From Prorocentrum cordatum (lineage: Eukaryota): DNA of 64,000 nucleotides. The translations under genes were made by a program, and so were the position numbers. Shown here piece by piece: positions 52,301 through 64,000 of the stretch (position 1 is its first letter; every line of letters begins with the position of its first letter). Below the pieces are notes generated by a model, which ran no database searches, was not told the DNA's origin, and saw only the letters and a list, made by a program, of their open reading frames with translations. The stretch lies in the NCBI GenBank assembly GCA_963575745.1, contig CAUYUJ010000257.1:1-64000 (forward strand), given 5' to 3'.

Positions 52301-52809
52301 CCATGCCTCTACCCTTCACCGGGTTTTTCCTTTGCGGGCCTCTTGGGAGGCCCTCATCGCCACCGCTGGATACGCCTCGAAGTCCAGGTCAGACCGCACC
52401 CGGGGAGAGGTCCAGGGAGTAGCGGTATCGGTACCTTTTGTTTTCCCAAAGGCAGGGTCCATCTCGAGCCGATCGATCCGATTCGGTGGCGGTGCCAGCC
52501 GGTCCGGTCCGATTCGATCCTGGAGTTGGACATGTCCCTCGACAGGGGGGATATGCAAGAACGGTAGACAGATAGTCTGGTGACGCGTTTTCGTGCTTTT
52601 GGGTTGTTGGGCAATGTGTAATGCTTTCTTGATTCATATACGTATATAACAAATACGTCGTACCCCGCAGATGTGGATAAGAGTGAGGGGGTGTGGGGAC
52701 GTCAACAGTCTGCGAGACTCTGGAGAAGTCCGCCGCAGGCGCCAAAATTTCACAAAGTATACAACAAGCCCGCCGCAGGCGCCGATTTTTTCTTCGAACC
52801 AGTGTGGAT

Positions 52810-52998
52810 CGGTCGCGGGTGGGTCGCGGGTGGGTCGCGGGGTAGGTCGGGGGTGGGTCGCGGGGTGGGTCGCGGGGTGGGTCGCGGGGTGGGTCGCGGG
52901 GTGGGTCGCGGGGTGGGTCGCGGGGTGGGTCGCGGGTGGGTCGCGGGGTGGGTCGCGGGGTGGGTCGCGGGGTGAGTCGCGGGGTGGGTCGCGGGTGG
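52810..52998 (+). repeat. 12-bp minisatellite (gtcgcggggtgg)n followed by degenerate (AAC)n
   Basis: About 15 copies. Confidence 0.95.
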
Positions 52999-53570
52999 GA
53001 CGACGACGACAACAGCAGCAACAACAACACCAGCACCAATAACAATAATAACAACACCGACAACAACAGCAGCAGCAACAACAACTACTACAACACCAAC
53101 AACAATATCAACAACACCACCAACAACAACACCAATAACAACGACAACAAAAACAGCAGCAGCAGCAACAACAGCAACAACAACAACGCAACAAGCATAA
53201 TAATCCTCACCACGGATTCTCATTTCAGCCACGCACCCAGGGACAATGAATGACCGTTCGGCTCCCTCACTCTGATTCGAAGCTTCTACCCGAATCTCCC
53301 TGCAGGGGGACACGCCGACCGCATTCGATCCCGACGCTCCCGACGATCCGATTCGACTCGATGCCGATTTCGATCCCGACGTTGCGGCGAGCCGAGGCGG
53401 CCCGATGCCGATCTCGAGCCCGACGCTCCGGTGAGCAGAGAGGTCTGCCCGAGGCCTGCACGGCGCTGCCGAGGCTTCTGGCGCGCAGACCCCGTGCCGA
53501 TTCGCTCTCGACGCCGTGCCGGTGCGGCTCGACGCGACGCGCAGTTCGGGTCCGATCCGATACGGTGGTG

Positions 53571-53737
53571 GGGGAACGAAAAGTGACATAAACATAAAAA
53601 CTCTGAGGTCCGCGCGGATTTCTCGCTCCAGCGCCGCCCCTGGCGCGCTCCGCGCGCCAGAGAGGGGGATCCAGCGCCGATCCGAGAAATCCGCGCGGAC
53701 CTCCGAGTTTTTATGTTTATGTCATTTTTCGTTCCCC
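53571..53737. mobile_element. MITE / fold-back element with 55-bp TIRs
   Basis: Arms 53571-53625 and 53683-53737 match at 53/55; flanked by TG (left) and TA (right); internal hairpin ctggcgcgc-tcc-gcgcgccag. Confidence 0.85.
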
Positions 53738-53944
53738 TAGGTGGGGGCGTTTGTTGAGGAATAGTCCCAGGAGGCGCCAGACCCTGGATGATTCCTTATC
53801 GGCTGAGGGCGGCGGTGATATCCATGGCCACTCCACGATTGGTGTTCCGCTGGCTTCCAAGCCCTGGATTCCTGATCGAAGGTTTCCTTATCTGATGCCC
53901 TCGCCGTGTGTGCCCGTCTGGTGCCTGCCTGCCCGCTGCACCAG

Positions 53945-54007
53945 GAGGACCTGCAGGGCGGCGGCGCCCGCGGCTGCGTCTTCCGATGCGTGGAGAGCTC
54001 CGCCCAG
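53945..54007 (+). CDS. Exon of Cys-rich membrane protein gene (EDLQGGGARGCVFRCVESSAQ)
   Basis: ccag|G acceptor, CAG|gc donor, 21 codons, phase 0-0. Confidence 0.8.
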
Positions 54008-54604
54008 GCGTCGGAGTCGGTAGCGCTTAAGCGGCCCCCGTCCCCATCCCCCATCCCCTTCGAGGCCCCCACCAGATTAAACCCCCTCCAGTCGGGGATA
54101 CACCCCTCGAGACCCGAAGGGAACGGCCTGTATTCCCACCCAGGGGGGCAAACCGGCCAGTGGGGCCCAGGCCACGCCGCTGGGAAAAGGGGTCGGATAA
54201 GCGGTGCTCATGGAAGACAAAAGTTGCCCGAGCGTCGTCCCCAAAGGCGGAACGTAGCCACATCAGCAAACAGTTGGCAGGCGTCTCAGAAGGCGCAGTC
54301 CTTCTGACCAGGCGGGAGCTTTTTGTTATGCTGTTGCGCAGTTTGGAACAAGGGCACAACGGAGGGAGGTCTTCAGTTTTGAACTCTCCCCCACCTTGCT
54401 TCTCTTGGCGGGGAACGAACTCCGCCCCGTCTCCTCCTGCTGCTGCCCCTCCTCCTCCTCGTCCTCCCCCCCTCCGTTTCCTTCTCCTGCTGCTCCTCCT
54501 GCTCCTCCTCCTCCTCCGCGTCCTCCTCCTGTTCCTCCTCGTCTCGTTCCTACGGAGGAAGTCGTCGTAGACGTAGTCGTAGTCGCATCGAGGTCGTAGT
54601 CGTA

Positions 54605-54682
<78 letters not shown>

Positions 54683-56611
54683 GTCGTCGTCGTTGTCGGC
54701 GTCGTGATCGTCGGCGGTGGCGGCGTCGTCGTCGTCGTCGGCGTCGGCGTCGGCGTCGGCGGCGGCGGCGTCGGCGTCGTCGTCGGCGTCGGCGTCGGCG
54801 TTTTGCGGCGGGTGCCGCGGAGGAATAATGTTTGTTACTAATGGTGGGACCCCAGTCCGTCAATAAGGTCGCCGAAAAGAAAGCTTCCAACTATTTGGGG
54901 GGATTCTAAAGATCGAGCGAAAAACAAACAACACCACCCCACCTGCGGCCTTCCAGGTTGCGCTACAGCCGGGGCCCTGCAGAAGGAACCCTTTTCGTTG
55001 GGGAGGGGCTCGGTGTTCCTTGATTGTTCTACAGTTTACCTTCTGTTTTCCTGAGGTTTTCCATGGGAAATCGAAGTTCAACTTATGGGAGAAAAGGGGC
55101 CTCGTTCCTTATTTAATTGCTTCGCTCATTCCGCCGGCCCATAATGCACCGTGGTCGCCTGACCGAGTGGTCGTTTGCAGTGTGGAGCTGCGGCGTCGGG
55201 AGCTGTGTAGTGTTGGGGGCGTTCTTGGGGCCCTCTTGGGCCGTCCTGGAGGCCTCTGGGGCCGTCTTGGAGCCGTCTTGGGCCGTCTTGGGGCCCTCTT
55301 GGGGGCCTCTTGGGCCCTCTTGGGGCGATCTTGGAGGCCTCTTGAGCCGTTTAGGGGCGTCGGGGAACCGAAAAGGTTACAACGCCCAAATCTGTCCAAC
55401 ACCAAAGGAAAAACACAGGTTTTTGCCTCTTGGGGCCCTCTTGGGAGTTCTCTTGGAGGCCTCTTGGGGCATCTTGGAGGCTTCTTGGGCCATCTTGGAG
55501 ACGTCTTGGGCCGTCCGGAGGCCATCTTGGGCGTCGTGGAGCGATCTTCGGGCGTCTCGGACCTCTCTTGGACCGTGTTGGGGGCGTTCTTGGGGCCGTC
55601 TTGGGCCGTCTTGGAGGCCTCTGGGGCCGTCTTGGAGCCGTCTTGGGCCGTCTTGGGGCCCTTTTGAGGGCCTCTTGGGCCCTCTTGGGGCGATCTTGGA
55701 GGCCTCTTGAGCCGTTTAGGGGCGTCGGGGAACCGAAAAGGCTACAACGCCGAAATCTGTCCAAAACCAAAGAAAAAAACATTGATTTTTGCCTCTTGGG
55801 GCCCTCTTGGGAGTGCTCCTGGAGGTCTCTTGGGGCATCTTGGAGGCTTGTTGGGATCTTGGAGACGTCTTGGGCCGTCTGGAGGCCATCTTGGGCGCCG
55901 TGGAGCGATCTTCGGGCGTCTCGGACCTCTCTTGCATTGTGTTGGGGGCCTCTTGGGGCCCTCTTGGGGCGATCCTGGAGGATCTGGGGGAGTGTCCCGG
56001 GATCCGCCCGGGCTCCGCCCGGGGTACTTTTGATCCAGGGACCCCCAGGGGCCGCCCCGCGCGCGCGAACTAGAAATACTGTTTACCAGTTACCGGAGAT
56101 CTTAGCACGCCTCTGGCCCGTTGGGCCGGCGAATTTAGGGTTCCTTATGTCAACGCCCCGACTGTACGGCCGATCGGGGGCCGTAGCGTATACCACGCAA
56201 AACCCTACGCCAGATTTCCTGGTATGCGCCAAGCCCCTTAGAGCCGCAGGTGGGGTGGTGTCGTTTGTTTTCTGGTCCCAAAGACCTATCCCGGTCAGAC
56301 ATGAACGTTCGGAGCTTCGTGCAGCTCTCTTGGATCGGCGCTGGACGCCTCCCCTGGCGGCACATCTGGCGTCGTCCCTGGAGCGGTTCCCATCGCCGAC
56401 TCAAGAAGTCCGCTCGGATTTCTGGAAGTTTTACGGTCGGCCCTGATGAGTGGGTCGGCCTTGCCAGGGTACCCTGGTGTCCTGTGTCTCGCGACCCGTG
56501 CCTCCTGCATTGCAGCGGGACTGGCCCCCCCGGAAGGGTCTCGTGTCCTCTCGCGCGTCCTCCCCAAACCGGTCCGACTGTGTGCTTCTGCCGACGCCTG
56601 CTGCAGCACAG

Positions 56612-56903
56612 GCGTGCGCTGCCGCGAATCCGGGGGCGACCGTGGCGGACCCCGAGTGGGGCATCTGCCGCTCCTGCTGGGTCGAGGGCTGCCAGCGCTG
56701 CGCCGGGGACGGCACGGACCGGTGCGCCGAGTGCGCCATCTCGTTCCAGCTGGTGGGCGGCAGGTGCGTCGGCAGGTACGGCTGGGTGTGGAAGGCTGCC
56801 GCCGCCGTGGCGGCGTGCCTCGTTCTGGTCCTCGCCCTGTGGGTCGCCAACCTCAGGGGCCGCCCAGTGACCAACCCCTACGCCGTGGACATCGGGCGAC
56901 GAG
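56612..56903 (+). CDS. Exon with furin-like CxxC repeats plus transmembrane helix; resembles the N-terminus of dinoflagellate CSC1/OSCA-like membrane proteins (tentative)
   Basis: cacag|G acceptor. ACAAANPGATVADPEWGICRSCWVEGCQRCAGDGTDRCAECAISFQLVGGRC, then hydrophobic VWKAAAAVAACLVLVLALWVANL and RPVTN. G|gt donor at 56904. The exon call is solid; the family call is from recollection only. Confidence 0.8.
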
Positions 56904-57824
56904 GTCTATACACCCAGACATGCAGCGTCCTGAAAATCATCAGGTCGGAGGCTTCCCTACATTTTCGGTACCAGGCCCCAGGACCTCCAACTAACGACTC
57001 GGGATGAAAAAGCGGCCCTGGGGAACGGGTCGGGACTTCCCAGAACGCGTACCGAAAACATCACGACGTCGCATGTCTGTTTGTCCATGTCACGCGCCCT
57101 TGGCCAGGCCCATATTGGGCCCAGGAGCGGTGTACCTGTATTCGAAGTGCAGATAACTGCACAAACATAAACTGCGGACCTCAGAGAAATCATGTTTCTG
57201 TCTCTGTATGCATGTCTCCATGGCGGATGCATCGCTCCCGGGCCCAGGAGGGGCCTGGCCAGGTGCAGTGGGCATGTAGAGTCGGAATCGGCGCTAAGGA
57301 TGGGGGTAACCTTCCTGAGGATGCACCGGATACCCTTGCATCCTTGCCTCTCGGGGCTCAAGAGACGGGGGTCAATGCAAATGGGGGTCAGTCAGAGCGC
57401 CGGATCTTTCAGCATCCTGCAGAGCCAGGGTTGCATTGGCTTCGGTTCGGTTGCAGGACATTGCAGGATCCTGCGGGTTCTTGCAGTATCCTGCAAGGCA
57501 CGATTGACCCGGGTCTGGATCTATTCGGGTCAGTCGATCCCCGAACCTCTTCTGTCCATCCTGCACCACTGCCGATGGCCAGCCCCACTCGAGAAGCCTC
57601 GACGTGGTCGTCCGAGGGGCTTGCATCCTGATCGCGCATCCCTGCGATCAATCTTGACTCTGCAGATCTCTGCGGGTCCTAAGAATCGGCACCACCACCC
57701 GCCGCATGCCCCCTCCTTCCTCCACCCTCCCACTCCCCTCCTGCTTCCTGGGAGAGGGAGTGGCAGAGGATGGTGGTGATGGTGTATACTTTTGGGCCAC
57801 TTTTAGTCTCCCCGCCCTCTAGTA

Positions 57825-57983
57825 TTCAATCGGGCATGTCCCTCTACAGGACGAATCTTCAGCAACAGTCCTGAAATAGTCCAGGGGCGATTGCTGCCGA
57901 CATTTTTTCTTTAGGTTTTTCATTATGTTTGACTATGCGTTGCGTTTCGCCCAGCTGCATGTAAGAGGACATGTCCGACCTAA
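57825..57983. mobile_element. Older copy of the same MITE family
   Basis: ttcaatcgggcatgtccctctacagg ... tgtaagaggacatgtccgacctaa; TSD not recognisable. A further partial copy ends at about 15440. Confidence 0.65.
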
Positions 57984-60900
57984 TTTTGTGGGCCCGTAAT
58001 CTTCAGCCACGCGCAGAAGGGCGGCAGGGGGAGGGGGGAAAGCTTCTTGGAAGCACCCTGCTTCTCAGAAGGCGCGGGGCTCCCTCTGCAGATGTAAGGC
58101 CGGCGCCTCCTGAGAAGCAGCCTCCTTCCAAGAGGCCTTCCCTTCTCCCCCTACGCCCCTTTGCGCGCCGCCAAGATTCAGGAGGGGAACAACACACAGA
58201 CACAATTAATCGTCGATTCCAAGGAACATATGGGAACATATGGGCAGTGGGGCGGAAGACGGAAATCCAGAACACATCGAAACGTACGGGGGATACTGAC
58301 ATTTGTGTGGATTCATGTGTGTGTGTGTGTGTCCTTGGGCCCCTTCAAAAATCTCTCCGCCATCTTAGGACAAGGGCCTCGAGCTGCGCTCCCGCGCCAA
58401 GCTCCGCATGCCGGTGGACCTGGCGCGGCCGCAGGCGAGCGCATCGGCCATCTGCCCGCCGCCGCCAGGCGGCCGCCCGGGCCGCGCCGCCTCCCCGCCC
58501 GGGCAGCCGCAGGCTGCCGCGGAGCACCGCGGCGGGGCGGAGGTGCCGAGGAGGAGGAGGTAGGAGGAGGATTGGGCCTCGCCTGCCTCCTCCTCCTCCT
58601 CCTCCTCCTCCTCTTCCTCCTCCTCCTCCTCCTCCTCCTCCTCCTCCTCTTCCTCCCAAGCACATGGGGCCCAAGGCGCGTTGTTCCCTTTTGGCTCAAA
58701 CACGCAATAAAACCTGCCTCGTCGCCTCCTCGCGGCGTGCTTGGGGCTACCCGCAGCTCCGGAATTTCCGACGGGACGTGGGTCGGCTAAGGGCGAGGCG
58801 AAAGTGTCTGTGCCCGGGCGTCATCAGCTACCATGTTGGTATCTCCCATCTCCGCCTGGGGAGGGTCTGTTGTATTTACGGTGGTTGAAGCCTTTTTCCA
58901 GTTTTGTGGTGGGCTGTCAGTTATGGTGCTTGTGGTTCATCAATGGAGCGTTCAAAGTGCTGTCATGTTCGCCGTCTTCTTCCTTGTTCGGCAGTCGTCG
59001 GGCGTGGCGTCTCACAGCATTCAATGGGTATGGTTTGGTCTGGCAGTTAGTGTTGTGTATCGAGGGACCTGCAATAATGGTGAAGTCACAATCCTGTCAG
59101 CGCTGCCTAGCTGTGTATCTCGGACCTGAGTGTGCAATGGGTTTGTCACAGTTTCGGTTGACATCGCAACACACACTATTGGTGGGATTATATGTTTGTC
59201 AGCTCATGTATTTCGTATAGTTCGCGCTGTGGGGCTTCCTCGTCTCGTCCGTCTTCTGAGCAGGGGAGAGGGCCTCTCTTCAAGACTTTGTCTGATGGTC
59301 ATGCTCATGCTCATGCTCATGCTCCTCCTCCTCCTCCTCCTCAACCTCCTCCTTCCTCCTCCTCCCTCCTCCCTCCTCCCTCCTCCTTCCACCTCCGTCC
59401 ACCTCCTCGTCTCCTCCTCCTTCCTCCTCCTCCTCCCCTCCTCCTCCTCCTCCTCCTCCTCCTCCTCTTCCTTGTTTTTGCCGATCGGCGCGGGCCCTCG
59501 CCCCCCCCCCCCCCCCCCCTTTTTTCCCCCCACGGGGTAGATCTTGGCTGTTTTTGGCGCCCGTCTCGAGCAGGTGGAGCAGGCACGGGGGCCCCGCCTC
59601 CCCATGGGATTCCCCATGGGAGCAATGTTCCAAACAGTCGCGCTAAACAAAGGTCTGGAGCCAGATCCCCCCCCCTCCCCCCCTTTCGCTCCACGTCGAA
59701 ACGCCGAATAAGAAAACGTCTGCAACATCATGGTGCCGACCCCCGTCAGCCAAAAAGGTGCGTGACCGGAAAAAGATGTGACCAATCATGAACCCGAAAG
59801 TGTGACTGAAACCGTAATCAGTGTGACCGAAATTGCGATCGAAGCTGGAAATCGCAATGGCCTCGGACCAAACCCGGAAACATTCGGGCGCCACTGTGCG
59901 GTTTTTCGAGCGCAGGCTCGGTCACTACAGCCTTCTGATAGAGACGAGGCCGCGTGAGGAGAAGGCACCGCTACCGCGACCCCCCTCTCACTTGCGCCTT
60001 TTGGGCCTCCTGGGAGGCCCTCGTCGCCACTGCCTACAATCTCCGTGGATCTAGTGACTAGTGATCGTTTTCTTCTCCATTACTTTGGCGATCGGCGCGG
60101 GCGCTAGCCCCCTTCCCTCCCCCCCCGATGGTGTAGATCTTGGCTGTTTGGGGCGCCTATTTCAAGCGGGTGGCGTCTCCCCCATAGGACGCACTGTTGC
60201 AAATTGTCGCACGAAACAGAGGTCCGGAGGCAGACACCCCCCTCCCCCCCCGCCCTTCCGCCCGGTGCCGAAACCGCCGAACACGACAGCGTTTACCTGT
60301 TCCACGTGTTCTTCTCATGGGCTCGACGAGGGACTCCGTTTGCCCAGTGCCGAAGACGCCGAATACGACAACGCTTACCTCTTCTACGTGCTCTTCTAAT
60401 GGGTTCGACGAGGGAAATCTGTTTTGGGGCGCATCCGCCCGGGCCGCCGCCAACTGCCGCGGAGCCCCGCGGCGGGGCGGAGGAGCCGAGGAGGAGATAG
60501 GAGGGGGAGTAGGGCGTTGCCTGCATCCTCCTCCTCCTGGCGCTGCGGGCCTCTCGCGGTCTCGCTCCCCGTAGCCCCGCGGCGCTCGCGCGCGCGCCGC
60601 CGCGCGCAGGCGCCGCGCGCTGTGGGCGCGCCCAGATTTTTACCGAGCACGCGCATCAGGACCTATGTCCCGCCCTCCTGCTTCAGTCGGCGGCTGAGGC
60701 AGGAGGTGGGAGCCTCAGGAAACAGCCTCTGGGCCCGGGGCCCCGCCAAGGGACAAGAAAAAAACTTCAAACATCCTCAGGGGGCCTCAGAGGAGGAGGG
60801 AGGCGGGGTCCGAGGGAACTCAAGTCAAAGACTCGAGGCCAAGGTCTCTTAGCCCCCCGATTACCACCTCCATGATGGAAGTCGACCCCCTCCTCGCGAG

Positions 60901-61723
60901 TGCGACGCGGAGGTGATGGATGATGGTGGGGGGGCCAAATTCTTATGCACGTGTGGGCCCCCCCCCCGTCAGGAAAGAGCCAAGGTGGCAGCCGAGAGGC
61001 AAAAGCGAGGAAGGAATCGGGAGGGGGGGGGGGGGCACATTCTACGACGCGGTGACCGAGCCCCCGGGAGATCCCGAGGAGGAACGGGGAGCAGGGCCAC
61101 ATGGGCCTATGAGGGAGGAGCTTGGGATCTTGGGATGGCTCGGCCCCCTGCACGTGGCCCCCGCGGGACCAGGTGTCAGTTGTCGGGGTCGACCTCGCCC
61201 CTCTCGCGGCCGCCTGCGCCCCTGGGGTATCCTGAGGGGCCGGCACGCTCACCGCCGAAGGGGGGAGTTCTCGACCCTGTTCTGCGTGGGGCTGGTGTCG
61301 CTGTTGGGCGCGTGTTTGCTGTTGCCGTGGGGCTCCCTCGTGAGCCCCTCGTGTGGGCATGGGCCCGGGCCAGGGTGGCCTGCGGCTCCGCTTTTGGTAT
61401 TTGTTGTCTGTTTCTCTGGACCGACCCTGTCCCCCGCCCTTCGGCGCCAGCGGCGCTGCGGGGGTCAGGGGAGCTGTCGCCGCCCTTCGGCGCGATGCGC
61501 TGTGGTGACGAGCCGTCGTTGTCCTTCTCCTCGTCTGTGTTGCTCTTCCCCGCTGTCGCGTTGTGGTTGCCGTCGGGGAGGCCCTGGTCGTGGTGGTGGT
61601 CGTGGTCGACGTCGTCGTGGTTCTGGAAGTCGCCGTAGTTTCCACCCTGCTGGGTCCTGTGCTGTCTGGCTCCTGAGGCAGTGCGTGGCCCTCTGGGAGT
61701 CTCATCTCTTGGTGTTGGGCTGA

Positions 61724-64000
61724 TCATGCTCGCTCTCTCCGAAGTAGCGGTCGTAGTGGGTCACGTATTCGGTTAACACCGCCTGTCTGTTGTGCGTCGT
61801 TGTTGCTGCTTCCGCGTGCTGCCGCCAGGGTTCGTGTTGTGTCGTCGTCGCCGTCGCTGGTGTACTGGAAGTGCTTGCTAGTGATCAAGGGGTCGGTCAC
61901 GGTGACAAGGTTGTGGCTCTTCAGGTGGTGTAGTTCGTGGGGGGCGGTTGTCGTGATCGGTCCGACGTTCATCCGGCAGGCCGTGCCGTTGGCGATGCAC
62001 GTGTACATGAGGAAGATGGCGTCCCGTATCTTCGCGTGGTCATTCATGATGGTTGTTGAGTCTTGTCTGCTGGAGTCTTTTCCCCCCCACGGGTGTTGCT
62101 CATCGCAAAGTCGTTTGCTGTTGTCGAGGCTCGGTATGGACTTCTTGTAGTAGATGGCGTCAATTGTACTATTCCGTATAGCTTCGTGAATAGCGTTGCT
62201 CGTGTGGTCGGGACTTCTGTCGTTGTGCGTCTGACTCTTGTGGTTCGCAACGGTAAGTGATCGTACTCGTCGGTTTGCTGCTCGATGCCGTTGACGATGC
62301 GCATAATGTCGTCACTGGTGGCATTCTGGTCGGTGATGAGCAGAATTGTCGAAGTCCGATTTGGCCTTTCGTTGCCTGCCTCCGATGTATCACCGTCGAT
62401 TGTGTCGGGCAGCGCGTGGCGTAGGCGCCGATCGCGTGACTGGGCGCCTTCCATCTGTCCTCGTCGTTCGTCTTGCTCTTCATCTGCTTGCGGTGACAGG
62501 AGAACTGGTACAGGAATTATCGTGGTTCGTTCGTCGTCCGCGCCTGTTCGTTGTGCGAGTGGTGGTCCGTGGAGGTGGACGCAATGGTGTTCTGCGTAGT
62601 CTTCGGGTCGTCCTTTATTCTTGTTGGTCCGCCGTATTCGCCGTATCTCCTCGGCTATGGCGTCTGCTACGTCATCGTCGAGCCGCTTGCAGAACTGCAT
62701 GGTGAGTGATGCACACTGTCGGCTGGTGCACATGTGCTTGAACAATCGGTTGACCGTCCAGTACTCCCTCATGCAGACCTGGCATGCATTCCCGTGGATG
62801 TAGTTGATGATATTTTCCTGTTGGCTGTGGTTCGCGCGCATGTGCTTTTGATGCGCTGACTTGCTGTGCAGGATTTGCCCGCATTCGTAGCATAGATACC
62901 TGATGTCGTGTTGAGGCACTTCACTGCCAGACATCGGGGTATTAGTGTCGTTGCAGGTGTCGTTGATGCGTCGCTTCCATGCAGCGTTGGCTGCTCTTTC
63001 TTTGTTGAACTCGATGGCTGCCTTGTAGGAATGTGTGATTACACTCTTGAATTTGGAGGGTTCGTCTTTCGCCATGCCTATCCAGTTGCGTATGTCGTCG
63101 TGGTTGAGCGTGTTATGGTGCTTGCTAGTGTAAGTATTGATGTGGTGGAGGTCGTCTGCAATCGTAGTGGACTATCTGCCGTTGTTTTCGATGTCGCAGT
63201 CCAGCCGGGCTCTGAGTTCCGTCGGGCACGCGGTGGTGAGCCGCAGAATCTTCCGTAGCCTTCCTTGCCGTTGTCGTTGTGATAGTGTCGCGATGTTTGC
63301 CCAGCTGATGACCTCGATGCTGGTGATCTTCTCGCGCTGGGTTGTCTGGCGGTCGATGCCCAATGCCATCCTCACAGCCGATGTGTAGGCAGTGGTGATC
63401 CTGTCCGTGTCGGGTTTTCATGCAGGTATCCAGGTACCTGCGTTGTACAGTAGTCGTGAGTAGCCAAAAGCATTGAGGTAATGGATCTTGGCCGTGTTCG
63501 TGATCTTGTCGCGCTTGAACACCGTCTTTCGGAGTGGTGTGGTAGCCTCCTTTAGAGCAAGTGCTCGTGTTGCAGCTTCCTGGGAGAAGTCGTTCCGATC
63601 GTTCGCCATTACGCCCAGGACTTTGAGCGAGCGCGTCATAGTGACTGGCATCCCCATGTCCGTGTACTGCTGCTGGTCGATAAGCATTTGTCTCACGATT
63701 ATGTTTCCATCCTTGCTGTTGGCGAAGATAAGGAAGTTGGACTTGATAGTGTTTATGTGATGCCCTCGTGGTAGTGTCGTTCGTATCAGTAGCCCCCGCA
63801 TGGTTGTGACAGTGAACTCGATTGCCTTGCCGTCCGTGACCGTTGCCATAGCTTTCACGTCGTCGACGAATGATGTTGCCGTCATGTGCTGTTCCTCGGG
63901 CGTCATGCTGAATACTGGTGGACTTGCTGGTATTCTTACGGTGACCTCAGCTTTGATGGCCTCTTCGCGATATTCTTTTGTGACTGCAGACATCAACGCG
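61724..64000 (-). mobile_element. 3' portion of a second, decayed non-LTR retrotransposon (RT C-terminus, two zinc fingers, methyltransferase-like tail); continues past window end
   Basis: One reading frame 63996 to about 62270, broken by TGA (63418) and TAG (63172). Motifs: SFVDD, LKVLG, SRLLYNAGTW, C2H2 finger CYECGQILHSKSAHQKHMRANH, second finger CQVCMREYWTVNRLFKHMCTSRQC, then HGPPL. A frameshifted tail follows to 61724. Confidence 0.88.

Noticed and set aside
58860..59240. GT-rich stretch resembling a minus-strand LINE fragment
   Set aside because: No recognisable motif in the frames I translated.

Overview
Repeat-dense, GC-rich eukaryotic genomic DNA with a 100-N scaffold gap at 11871-11970. 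It is very probably dinoflagellate (Prorocentrum-like). That is an inference from short high-GC3 exons with GC/GA/GT donors and AG|G acceptors, and from degenerate copies of the dinoflagellate spliced leader (SL, DCCGTAGCCATTTTGGCTCAAG). Most long ORFs in the track are microsatellite translations. Supportable content: (1) A near full-length, lightly mutated non-LTR retrotransposon on the minus strand (36286-42449). ORF1 is a RanBP2-type zinc finger plus coiled coil; ORF2 is APE endonuclease, RT, CCHC finger, RNase H and a Cys/His tail. It sits inside a (TCC)n microsatellite, and its 5' end is two tandem 15-nt SL relics directly behind (CCT)n-TAG. This suggests a LINE whose 5' end is defined by host SL trans-splicing, and it is the most interesting observation here. 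(2) The 3' part of a second, older LINE (about 61724-64000, minus) with an FVDD RT, two zinc fingers and a frameshifted, catalytically eroded cytosine-methyltransferase-like tail. (3) Scattered plus-strand exons of at least two genes, one with a TIR-like domain (about 19.6-20.3 kb) and one encoding a Cys-rich, transmembrane N-terminus (43.9-56.9 kb); their introns are bounded by direct repeats. (4) Several MITEs, including an hAT-type family with 8-bp TSDs, short TSD-flanked microsatellite-tailed inserts, hairpins, and many tandem repeats and satellites. No rRNA, tRNA or CRISPR array is supported. All protein-family assignments are by eye, with no database search.
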